DNA from: Chrysomallon squamiferum | Taxonomy: Eukaryota > Animalia > Mollusca | Length of the DNA: 64,000 nucleotides | NCBI GenBank assembly: GCA_012295275.1 | Contig: CM022665.1 | Coordinates: forward strand, 23,622,001 to 23,686,000 | Reading direction: 5' to 3' | Part shown: positions 1-15,352 of the stretch, in pieces | Numbering within the stretch: position 1 is the stretch's first letter | How the letters are laid out: every line of letters begins with the position of its first letter | The notes under the pieces: model-generated | Databases searched by the model: none | Told to the model about the DNA's origin: nothing | The model's input: the letters and a program-made list of their open reading frames with translations, nothing else | Position numbers and translations under genes: made by a program

Positions 1-1295
1 TGCTTCTGCTTAACAATACTGCTTCTGCTAGTACTAATATTACTTCTACATCTCTTACTTCCTTTGTCTTTTTACCCAATAATCATTTGTATTCGGTCAA
101 TGCCGGGTTCACGTAGCTCTGGAACATAACTGCCACATTTTCATTTGTTACTGCACTGTAGCATTGACTTATGCACGCACGTACCTGCTCGCTTTCACAC
201 TTCTGTTAACACACAGACGCAGAGGACGCGCGATGAACTGGTGACGTTAGCGTTGTCTACAACACACAACCGCATCGATAACCGTAACAGAATCATCGGT
301 TTTGATCGAAGTCTTTTAATGGGCACAAGTTCTTGTGTATTAATAACGAGAGAACGTGGCTGCCACGTCGTATTCGACAAGTTAACACAATTTATTCACC
401 AATAACCCTTCGGTCGACACGTCAACGGGCGTTTAAGCTATAAAGGCTTATCTCTCATTTCCAGAACTCGTCTGCAAAATTAGTTTCAGCGATTTCTGCC
501 GAATCCATAACATCAGAAATTTTGTTTTTTGATTGTATTCTATAATAGAAGTGCCTATTTTTGTACATTCTGTTGAAGTATGACAGAGAACTCGGGGCAG
601 TAAACTAATACTTTCCTTGGGTCGTTGGGAAAACGGATTATGAAACAGGAATGGTAATTACAAAAGCGAAATGGGACAAAAGAGATTCCTGAGGTGCTGG
701 ATTAAAGAAATACTGAATTTATTTTTGTATATGTAAGATATTTAGTGATAATTCTGATAAATATTAATTTTTATAATATATAGAAGTAGTTGTTACATAT
801 ATGTATATATATTTAAAATTGTTATATTTAAAAGTTGTTATGGTGGATGAAATTATGAACATAATTCTACAGGTTTCTCTCTGTGTGTCTATTTATCAGT
901 CTTTGAATATATATAACTAGATCTGAATTAATCAATGTACTTGTAAAAGTGAATGCAACAATATACATTTTAATTCTATGTACCTATCAGGTTTCTTAAA
1001 AACGCAGTCAATCGATGTTTGCGAAAAGCTTTATCAGACTGGGTTTCCAATTCTGCGATCTTTAACATTTTATTTATTATTTTATTTTATTTATTTTATT
1101 TTATTTATTTAATATATATATTTTTTTCAATTTAATATCAAAATAAAAAACTGGACCATAATATATTTGTATATTCGAATTCTTCTTTTTTCTTCTTCTT
1201 CTGCTTCTACTTACTATTACTACTACTACTGAAACTGCTGTTACTATTATTATTATTATTATTTGCGTATAAATATATACTTATTTGACAACTTT

Positions 1296-1310
1296 CTCTC
1301 TCTCTCTCTG

Positions 1311-1406
<96 letters not shown>
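1296..1406. repeat. (CT)n(AT)n microsatellite
   Basis: Direct inspection. Confidence 0.95.
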
Positions 1407-1825
1407 CATCGACTGTTATTTTATTTTTTTTAAAGAAAAAAAGAAAAACAGAAAAGAAATCAAATCAACAAAATAATAACAACGACGACATCAAGAATAA
1501 TAATAATAAAAAATATAAATGAACGAAACATGAACATTTCTAAACTAAACTGATAATGAAAGCAGTTTTTGAAGAATAAGTGGTTTTAGTGATAATGCTA
1601 CTGCTTCCTTCTGCAGCGATATTGGCCATAACAACAGTGACAAACGTTAATTAATACTGTGAACAAGCTGCAGGAATATGCATTTACTGAATACATGCTC
1701 ACGTACGGCGCTGAGATTGATGACCAGCAGAGTCATTCAGTGTGATTATTATTAGTTTAAAATGTATCTGCATCTACAGGGAGCTCGCTTGGTCGAAAAA
1801 TATATAAAGGAGAAAATTAGATCAC

Positions 1826-1827
<2 letters not shown>

Positions 1828-1914
<87 letters not shown>
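1828..1914. repeat. (GA)n microsatellite
   Basis: Direct inspection. Confidence 0.95.
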
Positions 1915-1918
<4 letters not shown>

Positions 1919-4900
1919 TATTTAGATGTTCAAATACGTTTGTTAGTTCACAGGATCTGAGCTACAAGTTCATACATGTATTTATCTGTATAATTATGGA
2001 CCTACGTTACATACATATAAAATAGGCATTACATTCACATTAAAGAAAGTGTGGATATAGAAATATGCATGTTTAGCGTACGTTTGTTTCTGTGTCAGTG
2101 TATATGCATATATTATAAGAGATCATATAATTATGCAGGTCGTTAAGTTTGTGTGTTTCTGTTAGTATAGTGCATAAATTCAAATGAATGTGTCTCCAGT
2201 TTTCAAAATGGACGAAAGAAAGAGTTTATACATATGTATTCAAATTCATTATAAACAGAAATCAAATCAGACAAATGTGGATCCACAATATACAGGCGAT
2301 AAAACACATACACTCGCAGGGATTTACGTATACAGATATATAAGTAGATGTATAACATTAAGACGTTTCTGTTAAATCTGACCACACTGACCAATACAAA
2401 CAACCTGCAACAAAAAGTTAACCGAGTTTTCGTTTCTTCCAACTGGAGAAGTGCTGTCTAATCCGCCTGCGCTAAAAGGTCATGACTCTCGTTTTCTACT
2501 CGTGCTGGTTGCTAGGCGTGGTAAATTAACAATTAGGACACATTTATGAAGCTGTTCGTATACGAAAAGGAAATGCTAAGGAAATTAAACGTGCGACTAG
2601 CTTTAAGAAACCAATCAAACGCCAAGTTATAAGGAATTTTAATGGAAAATCAGGAAAATGATCGTCTAAACGAGAAGTCTCGGCAAAATACACCACTTCC
2701 AGTTGGTAACAGTATCAATTTTCCAAACGTGGCAACCGCTGTCGTCAATCGATCCTTCTAAAATACGTACAATAAATACATCACGACAGATAATTTCTTT
2801 GGTTGTGTATTGATCTGTGGTAGAAAGAAGAGTATCTGTATGTTTCCTAAGATGAATGACTAAATGATATTTTCCTTGTAGACTGAAAATTGCAATAAAT
2901 CTAAAGAACGCGAATGTTCGTATATTTTGTGAAGGAACACAGGTGGATCTGCAGTGATAACCTTTCATGAACTTAACAATTTTTGAAATTATTTTTTCTC
3001 CAGTATATTTTCTTTTTAAAATAAAAATTCAAACAAGTCTTTATGATAATATATACATAGCAATCGAAACATAAATGTTACAGCTGTATGAGAATAATAC
3101 TCGATGCGTTGGTTTGAATGTAAGCTACAGTTATAGAGAAAAAATCATTTAAAATTTAAAGTCTTTCAAGATAGAAAAATTACGAATAACTGTCAGATAT
3201 ATGGAGAGCACCAAGAAAGGCCCTCAAGCAAATTTTAACGTTTGTTTTAAAAATAGAGGCAGGTTATCATTATTACTGTGATAAAAAAATCAAGACAACA
3301 ATGTCGCTCAAGAGCTAAAATAACCCAAAGTGTTAGATAATGCTGTTTAATTCGACCGACATATTCTTCACACGATTTTCTTTCGAAGCCATTTGAATAG
3401 ACAAAACGAATAAAATGATGTCCCACCTTTTTATCCTCAATCCGCAGTGAAACCAAAAATCTGTCTCATTAATGTTTTTCATCAGTCTTTTTTCAATATT
3501 ATTCTCGACGTAATCGGTTCAGAACTAAATATAAATTGTCAGAAGTACTTAACGTGTGGTCTTAGTTAAGGAACATTCTGGCGAAGCCATCTGAAGTATC
3601 AGTATTTACGTACTGTTCACACTGCACTGACAAAATATTTCAGAATAGCGATCCTACAATATAATGAATGTATGTATACTTGGCCAAAGCACGCGTTCTT
3701 GAAATAAGATTCCTGAAACCGTATCATATTTTTTTTTTTTTTTTTTCAATGAGTTAATGAGTTTATAGTGGGTTGTTCACAGTACAAGAGAGGTAAAGAC
3801 CTTTTAAAAGTAATCAGAGTTTCTAACATGAATGAACTGAATTGGATCGCCTTTATAGTGTTTTACACCTGTTTCCAAAAAGGTGATGATAAACGGTAAT
3901 GAATAATTAAAATATATTCATTCACGCACACAAGTTCGCACATCCAAATCCATATCCCGTGTCTATATTAACAACTGAAATTTTGTATCCGTTAACCAAG
4001 AAGTGTTCATTGCATCTTTTAAAGTGCACACATATATATTGTAAATCACAACATTATCTATGTATCCTACGTCTCTCGGCAATCCGTTAAGGCAAAATTT
4101 TGAAGCATGCTTGTAAAATGCACATAAATATATTACTGTAATCCATATGATATAAACTACTTTATAACCTACACAAACATTCATGCACAGGTAATGCACG
4201 CATATAAACAACTAATAATACAAGATGCGTTTTGGGTGTTTTGATTATTTTTTTCTGATCGTTTGAAACGTCTTAGAATCGTTCAAAATATAATATTTGA
4301 AATCGTATGCTTTATAGCCTACTTTTCGCCCCCTGTTATTATCTAAGTCAGGGTCACCACTGACCATCATGATGTTGCTGGTAAATGTCAACAAGAAAAA
4401 ATAGCCACAAGAGCCGTCGGCGAGTTTAAGTTGCTTAGAACGTCTGAACTTAGGAAATCAATGAAGACACTGAAGTTCCATCAGTCAGGATGTTGTGCTA
4501 TAATGACCTGTTGTCTTCTGTCGCATCTTGTTCCTGTATCAATAGAAGAAACACTTTTTATCTTCAGCAACACGTTGAAATGACAGGTGATTTTGAAATA
4601 CAAAAACACATTAAAAAAAAAAAAAAAAAAATAAAACTTCCAAAAACACTCTGCCTGGATGGCGTAGTGATAAGAAGATGAGCAATCAGAAAGAATATAC
4701 GTTGTTTGTCTTTTCAGTTTTATTGTATTAACTGTTATTATCTCAGAACTATTCGAAATGTTTGGGTTAGATTATACTGAGTTAAATATTTTACTAGAAA
4801 GCTGAAACGTGTCGGACGTCTGTATCACGTTTTGTGTCGGCCCATTACGTTAAACTCAAATGATAATATTAACATAATTCTTTAATATGCACACATGGAT

Positions 4901-4973
4901 GCATTTATACAGATGTACAATCATAAAATCATACATACACACTTATCAATCCGAACATCCAACCATACGCGCG

Positions 4974-5013
<40 letters not shown>

Positions 5014-8000
5014 AACACACACACGTTTATGTATTAATTAATAAGAACCATTATTGTTTCATTTTAATATTTCATTCAACTTGAAGAGATTTGTTACATT
5101 AATAAGTCTAATCGACAAAACAAAAGAAGGAAACACAAGCTTAGGAATCTGAGAACATTAAGATTTTTTCTCATGAATTTGAGCTTTACAATTAATTAAT
5201 TAACGGCGTTTACTATGGATGTGATTAATTCAAACAAAGAAATAATATCCTATGACCTCCTTGAAAAGCGTTGTCTAAAATTACAACTAGTTCAAAAAGA
5301 GGTGTTATTTTACTATTATTTAAGAGGCGTGCTACCTAAAATAAAATTACGTATAATATCATTTAGGGAATATTTTGTTAATATTTGTAAATATGAAATA
5401 GAGATATTATTGTTCAAGTTATTTGGTGCCAAATGAAGCATCTTTTACAGTGCTTTGTCTGGCTTGACAAGCTGCAATTAAACTACTTTAACGGTTATTT
5501 AACAATCACAGATATGTCATCTGACTGCAAGAGATTCTTCCGTCAGCTTTTTAAAGGTTTAAATCTTCAAACAGAATACTAATAGGTATTGACTATAATT
5601 ACATGTCTGCAACAATCCTTATGTTACTTGTTAATGACGTAGGCCCCGTGTTCCCAAATACTCTCTGACAGTATATTAGCATGTAGCATCCCATGGATTT
5701 CCATTAGTTTGTTTCGGACAAAACAAACACATAAATCATCTATTTGGATCTAATAGACAGGTTCGAACCCCAAATCCACCAGTCTTACGAAAAATGGAAA
5801 TATTAATCTTTCCTGCTTTTTAAAAAAAAACAAATTCTGGTCCGCTGACCTTGCCAGACATACGTAAATCATTTTCATTCAGTCTCCAATCACAGCTTCG
5901 ATGTTTTGTGTAAATAATAACTACTTTGAAAATGTCTGAGAGCTGAAGGACGCCGATATTAGAGCAGATATTATGCTGCATTCTGACTTCCGGAAAAATT
6001 CATCAAAGACGCACAAAGGTCGCAATTTGGACGACACTCATTCCCCGCAGTATAATGTTGCAGATAATCAACAATTTGGCACAAGACCGACTGAAAGCCT
6101 CTGCTGCATTTTGATCCGATATATGGACAAACGTGACAGACGGCAAAACCCGCTGCACAGCTGACTGGATTTCCAATTTATTTTGTGATCAGGGCTGTTG
6201 TCGATTGTAATTGATTATCTTGCCGAAGTCGCAGACTTTCAATACTCGTCCGATGCAAGCCAAAGCTCCGGGAATTGCGTGATTGTACAACGTCCTGGAA
6301 ATTACATCGAATCTGTTTTGAGAAAATAAGTTAGAACTTCTGATTTTGTTACCGGGATCAGCTTTCTGCCACGTACGACGTAAGACGGTTTTACGTGTTT
6401 TAGTGTCGCTGTAATTGTCCAGGACGTTGAACTTCGCGTATCACGATCGGCAGAAGAGATAATAGGTGGGAGTTTAACAATGATTAATTGAAGACGAATA
6501 CATGAATACACCTTGTTAACGCCTCCACATTTTTTCTTCTTCTGTATATTTGTAATTGTTAACTGAAGCTTGTCTCAGAAATTGTGCAGAAATGAAAACA
6601 ATATTACTAATTTTCTATGATGATTCATGATCAACAAAGAAATTAATTTCTACCGGAGTAAAAGTTCCGCAAATTTTATAATCCAAAATATTAAGACTGA
6701 TATGAACAGACAACATAAAATAGCCCACGGATCAAACAATACCCAAGCAATAATGGGTAAATTAACCAACGTGTTCAAAAGAAACAAATATTACTGTGCA
6801 ATAAAAAAGAATCATAATTTGCTAGTTGATTATAACGACCAAAATTACCATGTAATAAAAATTGTTAGCTGATCATAACAATAAAAAAAATAAAAAATAA
6901 AAATTCGTTATATGACAGATGGTGATTTTAATAATTTAATATTTACGTGAGCTTTATGAGATTTACATGTTGATATTTTATTTTGACATTTATATTTTTT
7001 TAGGCGAGATGTATTAAAACGAGATGTAATAATACGTTACAATAATAGCTTTGTAATAATAGTAGTTGCAGTGAAAATCGTTTTATTATTGTTATAGGGA
7101 AAGATACTTTTTTACCACATATATTTATTATTATTATAAAAGTGTATTACTACTGCTACGACTGCTGTTGCTATTCTTGCTGTTATACTATTGCTGCTTC
7201 TTCTTTCTTTTCTTCTTCTACTACTACTAGTACTAATATTACTAATATTACTACTACTACTACTGCAACTATTACTGTTGCTTTTGCAATGGTTACTATT
7301 ACTATTACCACCATAATCAGCACCACCGTATTACTACTACTTCTATTATTATTATTATTATTATTATTACATCATCAATTACGGAACAGTATTAAAGGTG
7401 AAGGTCTTACGAAGTGATCGCGACACGTTACAAAAACGTGATACACTGAAAGACAAAACGGAAACTCTCTTTCATTACGAAAGTGTTTAAACTTCCTGAC
7501 TTCTTAATGCTACTATGCCACAATTAAATCTTTTAAGTGCTAAGCAGACACTTTTTTATTGTTAAGTATCTTAGGTAGGCATGAGAGAAAAAGGAAGAAA
7601 ACTGTTAAGGACACAAGAGCATATTGTTTAATGAGAAGCTGGGCAGATATTTTATTCAGTGTAGATTTCATTCAAAACGTGATAGACTGTATATACACAG
7701 TATATAGGTAATTGTGTATTTCAGTATGTAACTAAATTGTCCATACTCATCATATAGATAATTTATAGCTGTATTAACACGGAGATCGGGGAACAGTATT
7801 TGGAACAGTATATAACACAAAATATCCGCGTTCAGGTAAGTTCTCAAAGTTACATGACTCAGAAAAAAAAAAATTAATGCATAGATTTATAGCCAGATGG
7901 TAACTGTTATTATTTTTTGTGTGTGTGTGTGTTTTCTTGGGGAGGAGGTGGGGTTGTCAGTTTTATTCTCTATCTCTTTATCTACCTCTCTATCCTGTTT

Positions 8001-8170
8001 TATCCTTTCTATCTCTCTCGCTAATAATTCTCACAATCTGTAAGTGTCCACCAGTAACTGTGTTTCTACTTACCAGTGTATATCTAATACCTGCAGCTGG
8101 CCTCTCTTCCATATATTTAATTACTTTTTTACATGTCTTACTTACTCCATCACTTTACTTACTAGTATAT

Positions 8171-8322
<152 letters not shown>

Positions 8323-8704
8323 GCATCTATACTTATAAAATATTAATACTTGGTATTTAACTCCATCTAAACGACTTTTTTTCAATGAAAGTGTCAGGAT
8401 TTATGTGAAGCTAAATAAACAAACTGATCAAGATGCCCACGTGATTTGTTGTTAGGACTAAGAGACTGAAACGTACACACTTTTGCACAAAACAGTTTAT
8501 TCCCATGGAGAAATAACAGTTGCAAGATTATTCTGATACACCGACAGCGGTCTTCTAATTATAACACAGGGGATTTTTTCAGTGCTATTGTGCCATGTTT
8601 TTGTTTGGGTTTATTTGTCTCTTTTCTTACGTTATGCCTCCTGCCACATGTCACATTTCAACTAAAGTAACATTACAGCTGCTCTCTCAATCATTATTAA
8701 AACA

Positions 8705-8870
<166 letters not shown>

Positions 8871-9058
8871 TAAGATATTACATTATTTTTTTTTTCCTTT
8901 TTCTAGTAAACAATGTCTAAATTCGTTTCTTTGTCATTACCTCGAAATCGATGTAGTTAATTTCATTTCTGGAAAATGTCGGAAATATTAAAGCAATAAG
9001 TTTATTATCTGAGAGTGCTATAATCACTGTAAATTAAAATAATAATAATAATAAAAAA

Positions 9059-9100
<42 letters not shown>

Positions 9101-10212
9101 TATTTCAAGTAACCGTAAATTATCCAAGAAATTACATGTACATATATAACAGAAAAAAGCCATTTTAATATTGTTTTTTTTTTTTTAAACTGTTTAATGT
9201 TATTAATGTGCATGTGTGTGTGTGTGTGTGTGTGTGTGTTCTTTTCTGACAGATATCTTACATTCGGTTTATGTACGTTTTTGGATACATGAATGGATGG
9301 ATGGATGGATGGATGGATGAACTGATAGTGGAACTGACGATAACGGATGAATGGAAGAGATGATTATGAATTACTGGACAGCCTAAAAGACCGTGCAGAT
9401 ATTTTCCTTACTAAATTAACAGATCCATTAACCCAGTAAACACCTACTGGACGATTAATTAATTAGTAGCAAAACTCAAAGCATATGATTCTTCTAAAAC
9501 ATAGTTATGAACGAATAATTGAATTTCGACCGCTAAGAAAATTCGATTGACCGATTTTCGCTGAAGAAAACCAATGTTCAGTCATACCAAATAGAACACC
9601 ATAAAACGAAAATAGGAGACGTTAAAGCAGAAAATAATTACATTTTGATTGTAAATCAGTTTTAAAGAAAGTTGGGACTTGATTTATCTTTTTTATAACT
9701 GTTTTTAAATTCTGAATTTTATCAATAAAAGGAATTAGCCATTCTTAGTTTTCTTAGTTATCATCATCATCACCATCATTAAACAAAATAGCACACAATG
9801 AAAAACACATAGTTTTCACTATCAGTTGCAGTTACATGCAGTGATGTAATATAATTTTTATCATCATCATTAGCATCTACACCGTTACCATCATCATCGT
9901 CGTCGTCGTCTTCACCTTTATCGTCACTGTCATTGTTAATATCAATAACAAATAACAAAACATATTAAAATAAATTTGGAAACTAAATTATTCCTTTTTT
10001 ATTCATTTAAGATTTACCGTTAGGACAATATTTAATTTTAGTTCATTTCATTACTCACTGGTTCTTTCCTAACCATCTTCTTCAGCACGAATTCTGTCCT
10101 GATTCTTAATTTTGTTAGAATGCAAAAGATCTCGACACTAAATAAATTGTGAAGCTACGATAATTTAATGAGAGAATTGCATATAATTATACTCCCTCGT
10201 TTTATTCAGCAG

Positions 10213-10470
<258 letters not shown>

Positions 10471-12949
10471 GTATATCTCTGTTTGCGTAGCTATATGTCT
10501 GTCTATCCACTTGTATATCTGTCTTTTAACTATTTGTCTGTATACATATATGTAAGCGTATATTTCTATATTTCATTTTCATATTTTGACTCCAGCTTTC
10601 TCTCCCTCTTTCTGCCCTTCTCTCTCTCTCTTTTTTTTTAATACTAATAACGAACATTCATAAATGAAATATACTTCATTCATTTATCGTTGTACTGGGT
10701 ATTCATTATGCTTTCAACAAACACAATCGTTTGTCATCATTTTGATCACGAGGTTAATACGGAGCACTAACACCAACATTTTTTTCAAAAATTGTGATTT
10801 ATTATCTGATTTATCAACACGGCAATACGGTCGAACAAAACCACTTTTGATCTGCAATACGGTCGATAGCTTAACAAACAAGTTTTGTTTAATTAAAGTA
10901 CCATTATAGCGGTACATTGATTTACCGTGTCGAAGCAGAATGAAAACTGAGTGAATAGTAAATGGTTGAGTTTGCATTAGTGTAATTCAGCTGGATTCGG
11001 AGCGAGAAACCTTAGGTACCGTTCACACTAAGGATTCAACAGTAATTCACAGAGGTTAGACGAACTGATTTACTTTGTCAGATGTATTTAAAACTGAGAA
11101 TTTTCTCTGTGCTTTTATTTCAGTATCGTGTCATTTTATTTTAGTATGTATGTAAAGTGATAACAATGACAATAATAATAACAACAACAACAACAACAAC
11201 AACGACAACAGCAAATGATAAATAAAGACATACATCTCTATTCAAATAAACCTTAAGCAAATTTTATTTTCATTTTAGTATTTACAAAGAAGCAAAACAA
11301 GTACATTTTAGGAGAAGTAAAGCCACACATCCCCAAGACCATTTTAAAGGATTATACCAATCCCATAGACGTTGCCATGGTTTCCTTTGTAGTTGTAAAG
11401 GCGGACCGGAGTTTCCACTAACAAGAATTAGACCAATTTGTTCAACAGCCTTGTAACCGTCGTTATAGATATGCAAATGTCCGTCAGAAATAAGAGTTTG
11501 TTTAGTCCAGAGCTAATAACTTTGTCTTAGAACCTTCACAATTATTTATATAGCATCACACGGTAGACCGTGCTTTTTTCTTCAGCAGCCAAAGTTCACC
11601 GTCCCTATAGTACTTGGTCTGGTTTTTTGTTGTTGTTGCTTGTTTTATTTGTGTTTATTCTTTTTTTATTTTTTTTTTTATTTTTTTTTTATCTTTATTC
11701 TTTTTATGCGGGGGTGGAGGGTGGTATATTTCTTTTTTTTTTTTTTTTTTTTTTTTTTAAGGTAGTTGCTAAATATAAAATACTAAGGTATAGGGACGAC
11801 GCCTTTGCTCAAGCTGTTAGCTAGCACTAATACGGAAGAGTCAAGACTTCTGTCTAATGAAACCTTTGACACACCAACCATATCACTGTCTTATTCAGAG
11901 AGCACATGTTTCTGGATCGAGTGCTCAAGACAGATGTGCTAGCACCTCTTTGTATGTAATAACGTTTCTGATAACTGACTTACTCAGGGATATATATTTT
12001 TTAAAGCATAGCTGTTGGCTGTGTGTGTACCTTTTGATGTATAATTTAATATGTACGTTTTTACTTTAATCCTCAGTTTTATCTTTTGATAAAATGAGAC
12101 CGGTTTTGTTCGTTTTGAAATTCACCTGAATCTGGAGGTTTATTTCGTCAGTTACATGTAGGTTAGGACTTATATTTCGTTAATTTATAACTAAGTTAAT
12201 TCAAGTTTCAGCCTCTTGTCAAAGGTGACATCGTAGCCAGATTTTTATATCCACAACAGATATATCGCGATGGAATCAAAACAGGATATCAAGTTTGAGG
12301 TTGTTATAATCTGCAGCCTAAGTGTACCACTGTTGGGTACGGCCCTTGCTTATTAAGATAGCCTTTGGCATATGTTGTAAGTGGGTCCTTATCGATCACT
12401 TGATGTTCCCGTTTCATATTTCTGTGATGAAGTGGTTCAAGGAACAAAGCTTATTCAACAGCTTAACCTACATCTCTTTTAAAGAATTACCACGGACATT
12501 TTTGCCAAGTGTAACAGCTATAAAAACAAAAACACGAAGCGTATAGTTAAAAAGCAATCCTACAAAATAAATAAATAAAAAGACTGTGCAGAAATAAAAT
12601 GAAAATACTTCAGCTGAGGATTATGATTTATGATTGTAATATAATTTGAAAAGAAAATTGTGAATTTTATTTCTCATAGCTGTTTTGTTAAATGACAAAT
12701 ACAGACTGCAAAAAAGAAATGAGTTACAGAAACATTTATTTTCTAAATACTCGGCGAAACCAACTTCTTCACTGATTTCTCTTGCTTCTAGTCTTCTTTT
12801 TATTCATTCTTTCTTTCTTTCAGTTATTTTTCAATAATTTTTCTTTCTTCAAGTTAACAGAGTTTAAAAAAAAATTGTCTATCCACGATGTTAACTAAAA
12901 CAAAATTTTACCAGAATAGACAACTAACACAATTGAGATGTTGTTCGGA

Positions 12950-13150
12950 TTACAGCTATTTTGAACTGAAGTGATAACAGCTATTTTGAACTGAAGTTAT
13001 AGCAGCTACTTTGAACTGAAGTGATAACAGATATTTTGAACTGAAATGACAACAGCTAATTTGAACTGAAGTGATTACAGCTGTTTTGAACTGAAGTTAT
13101 AACAGTTATTTGAACTGAAGTTATTACAGCTATTTTGAACTGAAGTGATT
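12950..13150. repeat. 25-bp minisatellite, ~8 copies (ttgaactgaagtgataacagctatt)
   Basis: ttgaactgaa recurs at 12961, 12986, 13011, 13036 and onward with a ~25-bp period. Confidence 0.9.
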
Positions 13151-15169
13151 TCTGGTTATATAATAATTTCTTTTGCCTTGGACTGCAACGTAAACACTGT
13201 TTTGTTCTGCATATGTAAGTGTGTGTTTTTGTCTGTAATGAGAACAGAGTAGAGATGTGGAGAGAAAGCAATAAAGATATTATGTGTTAATTTTTAAACT
13301 GAGGCATCTATATACTGAATAAACAGACACCAATGATTAATACAAACATCAGAGTATCAGACCTCTTATCACTGACCTTTCTCTCAAACTAAAGTGCATG
13401 ATTCCGATACAGTACATCCCAGATAACTGTCGTACTGCAATAACACAGTTTAGATGACGTGCGATATATCTCATATATATTCTGTATATTCTACAATCAT
13501 TTACATTTCAAATGGATCGAAATCAAATCATGTTTTTCCATGCACAAATACATATTAATATTTCACGACCATAGGGACACGTTCATTAAAAGAGAGTATG
13601 TATCATGTTTTCACTTCTTATTTCAAGTCGACTATCCATAACTTGAAAAACTTGTAATTTTTTTGTTGTTGTTTAGTTTTGAATAATCAATAATCTGAAA
13701 GATCGAGAGAGACGTAATTTTAATAGTTTCAAATATAAAATATTCAGATAAATTAATCAATGATGGTGGTGTAATCTATGTATATTCAAACGATCAGAAT
13801 TCAGGTTCTTCTGACAGACCTTTAACATTAGTTGAGATAACCTATTTCTTTCTTATAAATATCAAGAATTATTTATCATTCGCCGAGATCTATTATTCCT
13901 GAACACAGTCAAAAATCTTTACGAGTAGAGAACAAATTAGTCAGAATTCTAACATCAGTAACAAAGAGTTATCGGTAACAGAAGAATCTATCTCATGAAT
14001 ATTAATCAACGACTATCATCCGCTAAAACCAAACTGATAATTTGCTCGTGCTTAACTCTTGTGTCCAACAAAATCCTTCATCTGCACTAGACATAAAACT
14101 TTTAAGACATTAGAATTGCTGATATGTAAACGTTTTTTTTTTTTTTTTCCCAATCGTTCATCTCACTGTATCAAAGCTAACTTTCAGATTCGAAGAGAAG
14201 ATGACTATCAGACTAAGAGTATTTCAACGCTTTAGGCTGTGAATCTAAAAATGTGTGTTATTCTGTCGTAAGTCTTGGTTAAATGGCAAAGTAATAAGAC
14301 TCGGCACAGCTCATCTGTATGGAATATAAAAGACTGTGTCTGGGAAGCTAACGAGACACATCTCAATCCATTGTCGTTAGAAGTAAATGACAGAGAGACG
14401 TGTCGTTCATTTCACAAAGCCCGTTGTTCCACATACAGCCTGGTAGTTTCAAATACTCACACAGTTTGCTGTAATACGCTAATCTTTTTACGTCGGTGCC
14501 CTGCCCAGTTACCGTTATGCCCCCTTAAAAAGTCGAATTTTTTTTATTCGTTATCTTAACTTACTTTTGTGCTTTCTTGGTATGACACATTTAGTCTCTT
14601 TGCCCTTAGCTTTAGCTTTATTGCCTTTAAAAATATTAATTAATCATAGGCTTTTATGTCTTGCCCTTTTTGTATCTTTTATATATTGTAGCGTCTTGGC
14701 AACAGTTCTAATCTAGGGTTTACTGAGGAAGTATAACACAACTAACCGTCCGTCCATATTAAAACTATTACCAAACTAACACAAACTCCATCGTTCTATA
14801 CCAAAGATAGACGAACGTGAATCGTCAACGGATATAACAAGATCTAAAATATTTTTATGATTGTATTGATTAAGTACTACATCGAGTATGGTCTAAAATT
14901 GTGGTAGAGAAAGAGAGAGAGAGAGCAAAGAGCAAATGAATAGCAACTCTTAAGAAAAGTTAATTACAGTGAAGGTTTCATAACTTTGTTACATAATGAT
15001 TCGAAACACCTTTGTCCATCTCATAGGAGCATAAAAGACAAAACAAGTGGACTGTTCAATGTCCGAAGATCCAAAGATCAAAATATATGAATGAAGCGTT
15101 ATATATTAGTTTTACTCGGTGCGTTTGTATGACTATTTCTCATCACTCCATCGCGACTATTTACTAAAA

Positions 15170-15352
15170 GGCGTGGTATATGTTTTCCTATCTATGAAAA
15201 GGATAATATAAAAGATCCTTTGCTGCAGTTACCGAAAGAATAGCCAAACAACTGTAACGAGTTTTATTTTTCGTTATCTTCATGGTCCTTAACGATATGC
15301 ATGACGTAACATAGCTGTAGTTTAAAAATGTGTTAAAAAAAAACTATTTCCA
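15170..15352 (+). mobile_element. Decayed SINE core and 3' part (MetaSINE-like, as in gastropod genomes)
   Basis: gtggtatatgttttcctatctatg...atataaaagatcctttgctgc...tggtccttaacgatatg...aaaatgtgtt resembles, from memory, a common molluscan SINE body. Not verified by search. Confidence 0.5.
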
